Part shown: in pieces, positions 30,200-39,812 of the stretch
Layout: each line of letters starts with the position of its first letter
Numbering within the stretch: the stretch's first letter is position 1
NCBI GenBank assembly: GCA_016204155.1
Contig: JACQLG010000063.1
Location: forward strand, 1-43,938
Direction of reading: 5' to 3'
Length of the DNA: 43,938 nt
Origin: Candidatus Niyogibacteria bacterium
Lineage (GTDB): Bacteria; Patescibacteriota; Minisyncoccia; 1-14-0-10-42-19
The notes under the pieces: model-generated
Told to the model about the DNA's origin: nothing
Database searches by the model: none
The model's input: the letters and a program-made list of their open reading frames with translations, nothing else
Program-made: the position numbers and the translations under genes

Positions 30200-31972
30200 G
30201 TGAAAAAAATCTTCTCATTTCTGGGACGGCGGTATGATCCGCCATCCCCTCTCGAAATACAGGCGATCATCCGACGCTTCAGCCGAATTGAACAAGCGGT
30301 ATTTCTCTTTTTCGTCATCCTTCTTCTTATGGGCGTTGCAGGGCTTGTCTGGGGGATCAATAATACATTCTCAAAAGAAGCGCCTGCGAATCGCGGTACA
30401 TGGCGCGAAGGTGTTGTCGGACTTCCTCACACGACAAATCCGCTTCTTGCCCTATCAGATACTGACCGCGACCTGATATCGCTCATATACGCGGGGCTTA
30501 TGCGTCCGGACGGCTTGGGCCGCCTGCAAAACAGCCTCGCGGAAAATTACACTATTTCTCCCGACGGCCTTGTCTATACATTTATTCTTAAAGAGAACCT
30601 AACGTGGCAGGATGGAAAACCGTTCACTACAAACGATATTGCATTCACCATCGCTCTTGCGCAAAACCCGGAGCTCAAAAGTCCGGTGCGCGCAAGCTGG
30701 GAAGGTGTCAATGTAGCAATTAAAAATGACCGCGAAATTGAATTTCGGCTCGAACAAACCTATGCCCCTTTCCTTGAGAATACGACGCTCGGAATCCTAC
30801 CGAAACATATTTGGAATGGCATCCCCATAGAACAGCTCAGTTTATCCAAGTTCAACATTGAGCCAGTCGGCGCAGGACCTTACAAAGTTAATGCCATAGA
30901 ACGGAATTCATCGGGGATTATCACAAAATATGTACTTCAAGCATTTAAGGATTATGCTTTGGGAGAACCTTTTATCTCATCTTTTGAATTCAGGTTCTAT
31001 CCGTCAGAACGATCGCTTCTGGCCGCATTTGAAAAAAGAGAAATAAACGGCATTGCAGGAATATCGCCCCAGCGTCTGCCTGATGCCGAACATCAGTGGA
31101 CAACGTTGCACGCTCTGACATTGCCGCGCGTATTCGGAATATTCTTCAACCAAAACAAAAAAGATGCCTTCAGCAAACAAGAAATACGCGAAGCCCTTAG
31201 ACGCGCCGTGGATCGGGAACGAATCACGAAAGAAGTATTCGGCGGATTTGCAAAATCTCTTTTTTCTCCCATTCCGCCGGGAACATTGGGCGCGCTTGAT
31301 ATAGCAAACGATCCTTCTTTTGTTTCTATGTCGTCTCCGGAAGAAGCGCTCCGACTTTTCGAACGGAACGGATGGTCGCAAAAAATTCCCGGCGAGAATA
31401 AAGATATGCCGACAAACACAACAAAACTCACAAATAAGAAGGGAGATATATTCCGTTTTACTCTTGCAACATCAAACGTACCCGATCTTGTGCGTACCGC
31501 GGAACTCCTGAAAGAAATGTGGGGAGCGCTGGGCATAGAAGTGGAACTCCGGATATTTGAGGCAAGCGACCTGAACCAAAACGTTATTCGTCCAAGAGAA
31601 TACGAAGCGCTCCTGTTTGGAGAAATTGTGGGACGCGATCCCGATCCATTTTCATTCTGGCATTCCTCACAACGGAATGATCCGGGCCTAAACATTGCGC
31701 TGTATACCAATGCAATGGTTGATACCCTGCTTGAAAAAGCGCGGATGCTTTCTGACGAAGCGGAACGAAAAGAAAAATATGAAGCATTCCAGAAAGAAAT
31801 CATACGGGACGATGCCGCGATTTTTCTTTATTCTCCTCTTTATCTCTATATAACAGATAACAGATTAAAAGGATTTAACACGGAGAACATCACTGTTCCT
31901 GCGGAGCGGTATGCGAATATTCATGCATGGTATCTCCACACAAAAAAGGTATTTTCATTTTTCAATCTCTAA
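30200..31972 (+). CDS. ABC transporter substrate-binding protein, family 5 (peptide/nickel type), membrane-anchored
   Basis: N-terminal TM anchor. Family-5 SBP-like blocks are present (LTWQDGKPFTTNDIAFT, GAGPYK, LRRAVDRERI, GWS). It uses a GTG start. Confidence 0.8.
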   Translation: MKKIFSFLGRRYDPPSPLEIQAIIRRFSRIEQAVFLFFVILLLMGVAGLVWGINNTFSKEAPANRGTWREGVVGLPHTTNPLLALSDTDRDLISLIYAGLMRPDGLGRLQNSLAENYTISPDGLVYTFILKENLTWQDGKPFTTNDIAFTIALAQNPELKSPVRASWEGVNVAIKNDREIEFRLEQTYAPFLENTTLGILPKHIWNGIPIEQLSLSKFNIEPVGAGPYKVNAIERNSSGIITKYVLQAFKDYALGEPFISSFEFRFYPSERSLLAAFEKREINGIAGISPQRLPDAEHQWTTLHALTLPRVFGIFFNQNKKDAFSKQEIREALRRAVDRERITKEVFGGFAKSLFSPIPPGTLGALDIANDPSFVSMSSPEEALRLFERNGWSQKIPGENKDMPTNTTKLTNKKGDIFRFTLATSNVPDLVRTAELLKEMWGALGIEVELRIFEASDLNQNVIRPREYEALLFGEIVGRDPDPFSFWHSSQRNDPGLNIALYTNAMVDTLLEKARMLSDEAERKEKYEAFQKEIIRDDAAIFLYSPLYLYITDNRLKGFNTENITVPAERYANIHAWYLHTKKVFSFFNL

Positions 31973-31981
31973 ACCCCTTGG

Positions 31982-32064
31982 GGGCGAGTGGCGGAACTTG
32001 GCAGACGCGTACGCTTCAGGAGCGTATGGGGAAACCCGTGGAGGTTCAAATCCTCTCTCGCCCA
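31982..32064 (+). tRNA. tRNA-Leu, anticodon CAG (hand-folded, long variable arm)
   Basis: Acceptor GGGCGAG/CTCGCCC; anticodon stem-loop TACGC-TTCAGGA-GCGTA; variable arm TGGGGAAACCCGT; T loop TTCAAAT; discriminator A. Confidence 0.85.
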
Positions 32065-32113
32065 CATTAATAAATTACTAATCACTAATAACTTAATAAC
32101 TAATAATTCAATC

Positions 32114-33913
32114 ATGATGGTTCCACAACGAAAAACATCCGGACAATCTGCATCCCGCCATAGAGACGGGCGGCATTCGTATGCAGAACACCAGCCGATG
32201 CAAAAACGGCGTGGGCAGGAGATGCGCCATTCAATCAAACGCCCCCACGACAACAAACTCCGTTTTATCGCCCTTGGCGGATTGGGAGAAATCGGAAGAA
32301 ATATGATGCTCCTTGAATATCAGGATGACATTATCATTATTGATATGGGACTCCAATTCCCCGGGGAGGAAACGCCGGGAATTGACTATATCATTCCGAA
32401 TATCTCATATCTGAAAGATAAAACAAAGAACATTCGCGGCGTACTGATCACCCACGGGCATTATGACCATATCGGCGCAATTCCGCAGCTTATCGGAAAG
32501 CTGGGCAACCCGACGATCTATGCGACCCCGCTTACTGCAGCGATTATCAAAAAGCGTCAGATTGACTTTCCTCACGCGTCAAAACTCAACATTGAACATA
32601 TTAACGAAACAACGGTCACAAAACTCGGTGTATTTAGCGTGCGCTATTTCCCGGTGATGCATAACATCCCGGAAGGAATCGGCATGGAAATAGAAACCCC
32701 GATCGGTATTATCGTACATCCGGGAGAATTTAAATTCTATTACGACAGAAACAATAACCCTGTCGGACTTGAAGCATTCAAAGAACTCGGAAAGAAAAAA
32801 CCCCTTCTTCTTATGCTTGACAGCACAAAATCGGAAGAGCCGGGACGTTCAATGCCCGAATGGCAAGTTGAGGAAAATATCGAAGAATTGCTGCGCAATG
32901 CGAAAGGCCGGGTCATTGTCTCAACATTTGCGTCTCTCCTCGATCGACTAACGCAGATTATCCATATCGCGGATAAACTGGAGAGAAGAGTCGCCATCAC
33001 AGGCAGAAGCATGGAAGCGAATTTCGCAATAGCAAAAGAGCTCGGGCTTGTGAAAATAAAAAAAGAGACAATAATTCCCATTAAAGAAATAGGCAAATAC
33101 AAAGATGAGAAAATCCTTATCATCACCACAGGCGCACAAGGAGAAGAAAATGCTGGGCTAACAAGGATGGCTGCAGGGACGCACCGCGACGTACATGTTC
33201 GAAAAAACGATACGGTAATATTTTCATCATCCATAGTCCCCGGAAACGAAATGGCGGTTCAGGTGCTTCGCGATAATCTTTCCCGGCAGGGCGCTACCGT
33301 ATACCACTATAAGATCCTCGGGATACATTCGGGAGGACACGCGACGCGCACGGAATTAAAAGAAGCAATCAACATTATCAAACCGAAATTTTTTCTTCCC
33401 ATTCATGGTTTCTACTACATGAGGCAAGTAAACGCAAAACTTGCCGAAGAAGAAGGCGGCATCCCTGCACACAATATCGTAGTTGGCGAGAACGGCCAGG
33501 TAATTGAAATAACTCCGGAGAGCATCCAATTAACGAAGGAATTCGTTCCGACAAGCCATGTTATGGTGGACGGGCTTGGCGTGGGAGATGTTGGCGAAGT
33601 GGTGCTTCGCGACCGCCAGGCACTATCAGCCGACGGCATTTTTGTCATCATTGCGGTCGTTGACAGCCAAACCGGAAAGGTGCGCGGCTCGCCAGATATT
33701 ATTTCACGAGGGTTTATTTATCTCCGCGAATCAAGAGAACTTCTCTATCACGCACGCCAACTCACCAAAAAAATTATTGAGGACGCAACCCAAAACATGC
33801 ATCCGGTAAACTGGACATGGGTGAAGGATAATGTGCGCGACCGCCTCGGGAAATTTTTGTTTCAAAAGACGGAACGCAGACCAATGGTTCTTCCGGTTGT
33901 GATCGAAGTATAA
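32114..33913 (+). CDS. rnj: ribonuclease J (metallo-beta-lactamase / beta-CASP)
   Basis: The ITHGHYDHIGA (HxHxDH) motif, beta-CASP-type organisation and a basic N-terminal extension are present. I use the ATG at 32114 because the track ORF start (31988) overlaps the tRNA-Leu. Confidence 0.9.
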   Translation: MMVPQRKTSGQSASRHRDGRHSYAEHQPMQKRRGQEMRHSIKRPHDNKLRFIALGGLGEIGRNMMLLEYQDDIIIIDMGLQFPGEETPGIDYIIPNISYLKDKTKNIRGVLITHGHYDHIGAIPQLIGKLGNPTIYATPLTAAIIKKRQIDFPHASKLNIEHINETTVTKLGVFSVRYFPVMHNIPEGIGMEIETPIGIIVHPGEFKFYYDRNNNPVGLEAFKELGKKKPLLLMLDSTKSEEPGRSMPEWQVEENIEELLRNAKGRVIVSTFASLLDRLTQIIHIADKLERRVAITGRSMEANFAIAKELGLVKIKKETIIPIKEIGKYKDEKILIITTGAQGEENAGLTRMAAGTHRDVHVRKNDTVIFSSSIVPGNEMAVQVLRDNLSRQGATVYHYKILGIHSGGHATRTELKEAINIIKPKFFLPIHGFYYMRQVNAKLAEEEGGIPAHNIVVGENGQVIEITPESIQLTKEFVPTSHVMVDGLGVGDVGEVVLRDRQALSADGIFVIIAVVDSQTGKVRGSPDIISRGFIYLRESRELLYHARQLTKKIIEDATQNMHPVNWTWVKDNVRDRLGKFLFQKTERRPMVLPVVIEV

Positions 33914-33924
33914 ACAACTATAAT
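33897..33924 (+). promoter_or_regulatory. promoter placed for a leaderless trpS mRNA (inside the rnj 3' end)
   Basis: TTGTGA (33897-33902), 16 nt, TATAAT (33919-33924), 6 nt, then ATG (33931). Confidence 0.5.
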
Positions 33925-33930
33925 AAGAAC

Positions 33931-34941
33931 ATGGCCGCAGTGAAAGAACAAAAACGCGTTTTCAGCGGGATTCAACCATCCGGCGTCCTTCATATCGGCA
34001 ACTATCTTGGCGCAATAAAACAATTCGTAAAACTCCAATATACCCATAATGCGATTTTCTGCGTCGTGGACGAGCACGCAATCACGGTTCCCCAGAAACC
34101 CCAGGAACTTCGCAGAAACACGCTTAACACCGCAATGTTATATCTCGCGTCAGGCATTGACCCGAAAGAAGCGATTATATTCGTGCAATCCCAAGTTCCG
34201 GCGCACACAGAACTTGCCTGGATCCTCAATACGATAACGCCGCTTGGCGAGCTTGAACGAATGACTCAATTTAAAGATAAGGTGCAATCACAGGCAAAAG
34301 AGGCCGGGGTTTTTGCAGGCCTCCTGAATTACCCGACGCTTATGGCCGCTGACATTCTTTTATATAGAACTGACGCAGTGCCTATTGGAGACGATCAAAA
34401 ACAACACATAGAACTCGCGCGCTCGCTTGCAGAACGTTTCAATAACCATTTCGGCAATACCTTCAGTATGCCTGAACCTCTTATAGAAGAAGATACAGCG
34501 CGCATTATGAGCTTGCAGGACCCTACTAAAAAAATGTCTAAGTCGGACGATAATACAAAAAGCTATATTCATCTGCTTGATACTCCCGATGATATCCGGC
34601 TCAAGATCAAAAGTGCGGTCACTGACTCCGGGAAAGAGATCGTATATGACAGGAAAAAACGGCCCGCAATATCAAATCTTATAAGCATATATCGCGGTTA
34701 TACCAAAATGACATTCAAAGAGATTGAAGATCAATACAAGGAAAAGACGTATGCCGATTTTAAGAATGATCTCGCAGAAGTTATTATCGGAGAACTTGCG
34801 CCTCTCCAAAAGCGCTTCCAAGAACTCTCAGCAGATAAAACGGGATTTGAGCATATACTTCGCGACGGCGCACGCCGCGCAAAAAGTATTGCTGATACGA
34901 CACTACAAGACGTAAAACAAAAGATGGGCTTCTTTATTTAA
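33931..34941 (+). CDS. trpS: tryptophan--tRNA ligase
   Basis: GIQPSGVLHIGNYLGA (HIGH motif) and KMSKS are present. The size is typical of class Ic TrpRS. Confidence 0.95.
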   Translation: MAAVKEQKRVFSGIQPSGVLHIGNYLGAIKQFVKLQYTHNAIFCVVDEHAITVPQKPQELRRNTLNTAMLYLASGIDPKEAIIFVQSQVPAHTELAWILNTITPLGELERMTQFKDKVQSQAKEAGVFAGLLNYPTLMAADILLYRTDAVPIGDDQKQHIELARSLAERFNNHFGNTFSMPEPLIEEDTARIMSLQDPTKKMSKSDDNTKSYIHLLDTPDDIRLKIKSAVTDSGKEIVYDRKKRPAISNLISIYRGYTKMTFKEIEDQYKEKTYADFKNDLAEVIIGELAPLQKRFQELSADKTGFEHILRDGARRAKSIADTTLQDVKQKMGFFI

Positions 34942-36265
34942 TCTTGCTCTCCAGCTCCTTTTGCTTTTTCTCTAAAAGCTCTTTTGTGTCCGCCTCGACA
35001 GTAAGGCGCAGTAACGGCTCCGTATTTGACGTACTCACATTAAACCACCAACTTGGATATTCAACAGTTAAGCCATAAAACTCATCTTGTACGCCATCTT
35101 TATATACTTCTTTGAGTCGATCAATAACATACTTGCTGTTTTCTATTTTAAAATTCAATTCGCTAGAATGATAAACGTTATAAGGCGCGACTACTTCACT
35201 GAATTTCTTTTCCTGCTCTGAAAAAAATGATAAAAGATATACAAGCGCAAGCAGTGCTGATTCCGCATAATGAAAATCTTGAAAATAGATATGCCCTGAC
35301 GGCTCTACGCCAAAGACGCCTTTCACCTCTCTCATTTTCTCTTTTACATTTGAATGGCCTACTCGAGAAAAAATAATATCTCCTCCTTTCCCCTCAACCG
35401 CCTCACGAAAGGCTTTTGTCACTCTTTTTGTCATTACGGCGACATCTCCTGGCCGCAACAAGTGATCCGCAAGATATGCCCCCACAACATCGCTTCGTAC
35501 TCGCTTGCCGTTTTCATTCAAAAAAACAATGCGGTCTCCATCGCCATCAATGACAACGCCGAATTCGGAGACGCTCTCAATAACCTTTTTCGATGCGCTA
35601 CGGATTGACTCGTCGTCAAAGGGATTTGGCGAATGATTCGGAAAATCGCCGTCCGGAGCGAAGAAAAGCGGAACAAGCTCTACATTTGTGCCGGCAAATG
35701 CATTGCGCACAATTTCCCCTGCCGAGCCGTTTGATGCATCAACAACGAGCTTAATGGGACGCACGAAATTTTCATACGTACGCAGAAATTCAACATATTT
35801 TGAAAGATAACTGCGTTCTATTTTTTTACCTTGGGATTGTTTACGCGGAATCTCAACAGAAGAAAATTCTTTAATCACTCGGATCCCATGTTCAAAGCCA
35901 ATTGGCACGGCTCCTTCTTTTACCATCTTCATGCCGTTATACTGCTTCGGATTATGGGACGCCGTAATCATAATGCCGCCCGCAGCTTTACTTTCGGCAA
36001 CACTGTAATAAAAAAGCGGAGTGGTTGCCGTCTCAATACCTATAACATCCCTGCCTTGGTCAAGTACGGCTTGCGTGCAAACTTCATATAATTCTGGGGA
36101 CGATTTCCGCGCGTCACGCCCCACCATTACCGGGCCGAACAAATGTTCCGCCTCCAAGAATTTCACGAAGGCCGATGCTATCCTGTATACCGCGTTCATC
36201 TCAATTTCATCGGGATAGATGCCGCGAATGTCATATTCTTTAAAAATGGCGGGGTTGATTTGCAT
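34934..36265 (-). CDS. phosphoglucomutase/phosphomannomutase family protein
   Basis: The active-site Ser loop ITASHNPKQYNGMK and the metal loop VIDGDGDR are present. It overlaps the trpS 3' end convergently by 8 nt. Confidence 0.9.
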   Translation of the reverse strand: MQINPAIFKEYDIRGIYPDEIEMNAVYRIASAFVKFLEAEHLFGPVMVGRDARKSSPELYEVCTQAVLDQGRDVIGIETATTPLFYYSVAESKAAGGIMITASHNPKQYNGMKMVKEGAVPIGFEHGIRVIKEFSSVEIPRKQSQGKKIERSYLSKYVEFLRTYENFVRPIKLVVDASNGSAGEIVRNAFAGTNVELVPLFFAPDGDFPNHSPNPFDDESIRSASKKVIESVSEFGVVIDGDGDRIVFLNENGKRVRSDVVGAYLADHLLRPGDVAVMTKRVTKAFREAVEGKGGDIIFSRVGHSNVKEKMREVKGVFGVEPSGHIYFQDFHYAESALLALVYLLSFFSEQEKKFSEVVAPYNVYHSSELNFKIENSKYVIDRLKEVYKDGVQDEFYGLTVEYPSWWFNVSTSNTEPLLRLTVEADTKELLEKKQKELESKIK

Positions 36266-36292
36266 TATTATTTAGCGTACCATATTTTTCAT

Positions 36293-37327
36293 ATGTTGAA
36301 GATCGGCATTGTAGGGCTTCCGAATGTAGGGAAATCTACATTATTCAAAGCTCTCACGAAAAAACAAGTGGAAATAGCAAATTATCCTTTTGCAACCATT
36401 GACCCCAATGTGGGCGTCGTTGCCGTGCCCGACTCACGACTCCAGCAACTCTCTGCATTTTCAAATTCCAAAAAAACAATCCCTGCCTCTATTGAATTTT
36501 TTGATATTGCCGGGCTTGTAAAAGGCGCGCACCAGGGCGAGGGTCTCGGCAATCAATTTTTAAGCAATATCAAAGAGGTGGATGCAATTGTGGAAGTTGT
36601 GCGCGCATTTAAAGATGAGAACATTTTGCATGTAGGAGGCGCGATCGATCCGAAAGACGACATCGAAACCGTCCATACTGAACTTGTGCTTGCTGATTTG
36701 AAAACCGCGGAGAATGCGCTCGTCAAAGCCGAAAAACTCGCACGCAGCGGCGATAAAAATGCAAAAATCTATCATCAAGCGTTAAAAGAAACGCGGGGGC
36801 TTTTAGAAGCGGGCATTTTTGCGTCACACGCATCAGAAGAAACCCTAGAAAGGACAAAAAGCTTAAATCTTCTCACCGCAAAAACATTCATTCTTCTTTT
36901 AAACATAACGGATGATTCGTATAGGCTTGCGTTCTCGCCTGAAAAATATAATTTCAAAAACGTCGTTATGCTCAACCTAAAACTTGAAGAAGAAATACAG
37001 GACGCAGGAGACACGGAAACTCAGTCGCTCTCAGAAATCAATAATCTCATCAAAGCGGCCTTTGACGCTCTTTGCCTCATTACTTTTTTCACCACAGGTG
37101 AAGACGAAACGCGCGCGTGGACCATTCCCCGCGGTTCTTCTGCCCCTCGGGCGGGACGCGCGATTCATTCTGATTTTGAAGAAAAATTTATCCGCGCAGA
37201 AGTCATTCAATGGAAAACTCTGCTTGATGCCGGCTCATACGCTCGTGCGCGCGAAAAAGGATTACTACGAACCGAAGGAAAGACCTACATCGTACAGGAC
37301 GGCGACGTAGTTGAATTTAAAATCTAA
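36293..37327 (+). CDS. ychF: redox-regulated ATPase YchF (Obg-like)
   Basis: MLKIGIVGLPNVGKSTLF (G1), DIAGLVKGA and a C-terminal TGS-like FFTTGEDETRAWTI block are present. I use the ATG at 36293; the track ORF (36143) overlaps the divergent mutase gene. Confidence 0.9.
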   Translation: MLKIGIVGLPNVGKSTLFKALTKKQVEIANYPFATIDPNVGVVAVPDSRLQQLSAFSNSKKTIPASIEFFDIAGLVKGAHQGEGLGNQFLSNIKEVDAIVEVVRAFKDENILHVGGAIDPKDDIETVHTELVLADLKTAENALVKAEKLARSGDKNAKIYHQALKETRGLLEAGIFASHASEETLERTKSLNLLTAKTFILLLNITDDSYRLAFSPEKYNFKNVVMLNLKLEEEIQDAGDTETQSLSEINNLIKAAFDALCLITFFTTGEDETRAWTIPRGSSAPRAGRAIHSDFEEKFIRAEVIQWKTLLDAGSYARAREKGLLRTEGKTYIVQDGDVVEFKI

Positions 37328-37394
37328 AAATTTGAATCATTTGAACCCTCATTGATTCTCTGGGGTTATTTTGGGTTCTCTGAAATTCGACAAT

Positions 37395-37420
37395 ACTTCT
37401 ACGATCGTAGAAGTTTTGAC
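37395..37420 (+). terminator. possible ychF terminator
   Basis: 20-nt perfect palindrome acttctacgatcgtagaagt followed by tttt. Confidence 0.45.
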
Positions 37421-37469
37421 GAATTTTTTTATTTTTTACATATAAAAATATCGAGTTCTTCAATCAAGC

Positions 37470-37498
37470 TGGACAAACATATTATCTTGTGCTATACT
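37470..37498 (+). promoter_or_regulatory. promoter of the two-gene membrane-protein operon
   Basis: TGGACA (37470-37475), 17 nt, TATACT (37493-37498). Confidence 0.5.
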
Positions 37499-37514
37499 TC
37501 AGAAAACTTGAAAA

Positions 37515-37550
37515 CCCGCCTTCACCTAAGCTCTGGGCGGACAAAAAGGA
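37515..37550 (+). promoter_or_regulatory. 5'-leader hairpin plus A-rich tail that runs into the SD (candidate small riboregulator)
   Basis: CCCGCC (37515-37520) pairs with GGGCGG (37535-37540) around a 14-nt loop, UUCACCUAAGCUCU. This is followed by ACAAAAAGGA, which contains the SD. The loop CCU could pair with the AGG of the SD. Confidence 0.25.
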
Positions 37551-37556
37551 TAAAAA

Positions 37557-38159
37557 ATGAAAGAATATGCCGCATTGATAGTTGCCATGATCTGGCTATC
37601 AGGACATGCATTCTATATATATCAGATTGTAAGAAAAAAAATCTTCCCTACATTATCTACATGGATAATTTTTTCTACTGCAACTGGCCTGGGTCTAGCA
37701 AACTACCTCGTAGCATCAAACAAAGATATAGTCAGTGGCGTATTGATAGCCAGCGATGCGTTTGCTTCTTTCGTGGTCGTTATGATGGTTGCTTTATTTA
37801 CCTACTCCGGCTTAAAGTTTAAACCATTTGAAAAATACTACCTTGTTGGCGCAGGTTTTATTGTTCTATTCTGGATGATAACTGGAAGTGCATTCATCGC
37901 AAACTTACTGACACAAACATTAATCGCAGTAGGATATTTACCAACAATCCAGAATCTCATCCGCGCAGAAAAAAATCCTGAATCGCTCGTTGTATGGAGT
38001 CTCGACATTATAGCTGCATCAATCTCATTATATCCCGCAATCGTAGGAGGTAATCTGTTAGCATCTATCTACTCTGTACGTGCTGTTATTATGTTATCTT
38101 TCGTTGTGTTATTAATGATCCGACTTTCAATAAAAAACAAAGGGAGGAATAAAAAATGA
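37557..38159 (+). CDS. hypothetical polytopic membrane protein (about 6 TM)
   Basis: Hydrophobic throughout, with RBS AAAGGA. I do not recognise a family signature. Confidence 0.5.
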   Translation: MKEYAALIVAMIWLSGHAFYIYQIVRKKIFPTLSTWIIFSTATGLGLANYLVASNKDIVSGVLIASDAFASFVVVMMVALFTYSGLKFKPFEKYYLVGAGFIVLFWMITGSAFIANLLTQTLIAVGYLPTIQNLIRAEKNPESLVVWSLDIIAASISLYPAIVGGNLLASIYSVRAVIMLSFVVLLMIRLSIKNKGRNKK

Positions 38160-38632
38160 GTAATTGGTTGATTTTCGTTATGCTTGCTATTATTTTTTGG
38201 GGACTAGGAAGTGTTGCGGGAAAATTTATAGGAACCAAAAGTACATCAAACCTTCAGCTCGCATTACATGGTTACTTTGGAGAAGCAATTGGCACAATAG
38301 TAATGGCTGCGCTAATAGTTTTTGTGGTTCTAGTAGTTTTAACGCTTGTAGCTTCTTCTAAAAATCAATCTTTTTCTTTTCTCACATTCGATTATAATGT
38401 TATATATTATAGTCTCGCGATGGGAGCATTGTGGAGTATCGGGACTTTCTTTTTTTTGCTTGCGTTGCGGCAGCAAAAATCTGTAGTAGTCGTTCCTTTT
38501 ACATCACTATATCCTGTAGTACATGTGCTCTTCGCAATATTGATACTCGGAGAAAAATTAACAGTCAAGGAATGGATGGGCTTACTTTGCGCCGTCGCAA
38601 CCGTCTATCTCTTTACAAGTACAAATAAATAA
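38156..38632 (+). CDS. small EamA/DMT-like membrane protein (about 5 TM)
   Basis: 4-nt overlap with the upstream gene and RBS GGGAGG. WGLGSVAGKFIG near the N-terminus and the overall TM pattern resemble half-size DMT transporters. Assignment is tentative. Confidence 0.45.
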   Translation: MSNWLIFVMLAIIFWGLGSVAGKFIGTKSTSNLQLALHGYFGEAIGTIVMAALIVFVVLVVLTLVASSKNQSFSFLTFDYNVIYYSLAMGALWSIGTFFFLLALRQQKSVVVVPFTSLYPVVHVLFAILILGEKLTVKEWMGLLCAVATVYLFTSTNK

Positions 38633-38727
38633 TGCATTAAAATATATGCCCGGCTTCGCGCTGGGCATTTATAATACCGCTTGGGAATCTTGCATTTTTT
38701 TATTGTTTCTAGTACCCTATTTATATG

Positions 38728-38857
38728 CCCCGTATGGCAAAATCGAATGTTTTATCGACTCATCGTACGGGGTAAAACAAAGTATTATTAGTTAAAGTAT
38801 ATCTAAGGATAATAATCGAAATATCGTCTGCGATAAAACAAGTACGATGGTTCGATT
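38728..38857 (+). promoter_or_regulatory. structured 5' leader of the rpsF-ssb-rpsR operon (possible S6:S18 autoregulatory element)
   Basis: Two helices are visible: ccccgta (38728-38734) pairs with tacgggg (38766-38772), and aatcgaa (38814-38820) pairs with ttcgatt (38851-38857). The second encloses a small atcg/cgat hairpin. Confidence 0.25.
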
Positions 38858-38871
38858 TTGCCTAACGGGGT

Positions 38872-39327
38872 ATGGCTGAAGCCGTTATAACAACTAAAAA
38901 GGCGGCGGAAACAAACGCCCATGGCTTGGAACACAAGCTGTACGAATTCGCCTATATTCTTTCGGGCATTCTGGACGAAGAAAAGGCGCGTAAAGCGGCG
39001 AACGATCTCCACGCCTTCATTGAGAAAAAACACAACATGGTCGTTGAAGATACTCCGCCAAAACTTCGCAAACTTGCCTATGACATAAACGGGCAGGCAG
39101 AAGGATACTTTGGATGGATAAAATTTCTTGGGCAGCCGTCAGATATTATAGAAATTGAAAAACAGGCAAAAAAGACTGGCGGCGTCCTTCGTTTTCTCAT
39201 CGTACAAGGATACCATGAAGAGGTCGCGGAACGGCGCACGAAAGTCCGCAAGAAAATTATAACAGAAGAAGAAAAAGGGAGGATCGAAGAAATTGATAAA
39301 AAACTGGAAGAAATATTAGGCGAATAA
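38872..39327 (+). CDS. rpsF: 30S ribosomal protein bS6 (with N- and C-terminal extensions)
   Basis: YEFAYIL...LRKLAYDINGQAEGYFGWIKF...VLRFLIV matches the S6 core pattern. It occupies the conserved rpsF-ssb-rpsR context. Confidence 0.85.
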   Translation: MAEAVITTKKAAETNAHGLEHKLYEFAYILSGILDEEKARKAANDLHAFIEKKHNMVVEDTPPKLRKLAYDINGQAEGYFGWIKFLGQPSDIIEIEKQAKKTGGVLRFLIVQGYHEEVAERRTKVRKKIITEEEKGRIEEIDKKLEEILGE

Positions 39328-39356
39328 CTCATTACTCTTAACTCATAACTCATTTT

Positions 39357-39803
39357 ATGAATCTGAATAAAGCATTCATTATAGGAAATCTTACGCGCGA
39401 CCCTGAAATCCGAACGCTTCCTTCCGGGATGTCCGTCGCTTCTTTCGGCATGGCGACGAACAGTTTTTTCACAAAAGACGGACAGCGTCAGCAGCAAGCG
39501 GAATTTCACAACATCGTACTTTTCGGACGATTAGCCGAGATTGCCCAGCAGTATTTAAATAAAGGAAGTCTGGCAATGATTGAAGGCCGAATCCAAACCA
39601 GATCATGGCAGGGACAGGACGGCCAAAAAAAATGGCGCACAGAAATTGTGGGGGAACGGATGCAATTAGGACCGAAAGGCGCGGGTGGAAGCGCAGGCAA
39701 CACCGCGCAATCCGATACGCCTCCTCCGGCAAAAGAAAACATCGAAACAATAGAATATGACGGCGGAGGAGACGATATGAACCCTGAAGATATACCGTTT
39801 TAA
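39357..39803 (+). CDS. ssb: single-stranded DNA-binding protein
   Basis: MNLNKAFIIGNLTRDPEIR OB-fold start, a Gly/Pro-rich linker and an acidic tip ending in DIPF. Confidence 0.92.
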   Translation: MNLNKAFIIGNLTRDPEIRTLPSGMSVASFGMATNSFFTKDGQRQQQAEFHNIVLFGRLAEIAQQYLNKGSLAMIEGRIQTRSWQGQDGQKKWRTEIVGERMQLGPKGAGGSAGNTAQSDTPPPAKENIETIEYDGGGDDMNPEDIPF

Positions 39804-39812
39804 TTTCAAGGC

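Noticed and set aside
31093-31803. 236-aa minus-strand ORF
   Set aside because: It is antisense to the solute-binding protein gene. The composition is Ser/Arg-rich and low-complexity, so it is a shadow ORF. The same reasoning applies to 20593-21084 (antisense to parB), 9525-10016 (antisense to the E1/Ubl genes and crossing the terminator), 32740-33234, 25739-26134, 4915-5328 and 3118-3525.
32068-32112. AT-rich run with reiterated taata/actaat units between tRNA-Leu(CAG) and rnj
   Set aside because: I considered a microsatellite or mini-array. The units are irregular and short. An AT-rich promoter/UP-like region for rnj explains it better, with a TAATAAT box 6-7 nt from the ATG.
37352-37822. 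156-aa plus-strand ORF spanning the ychF-downstream intergenic region
   Set aside because: It crosses a palindromic terminator and a promoter, and it overlaps out of frame with the hydrophobic 37557-38159 gene, which has its own RBS. The translation looks non-protein-like.
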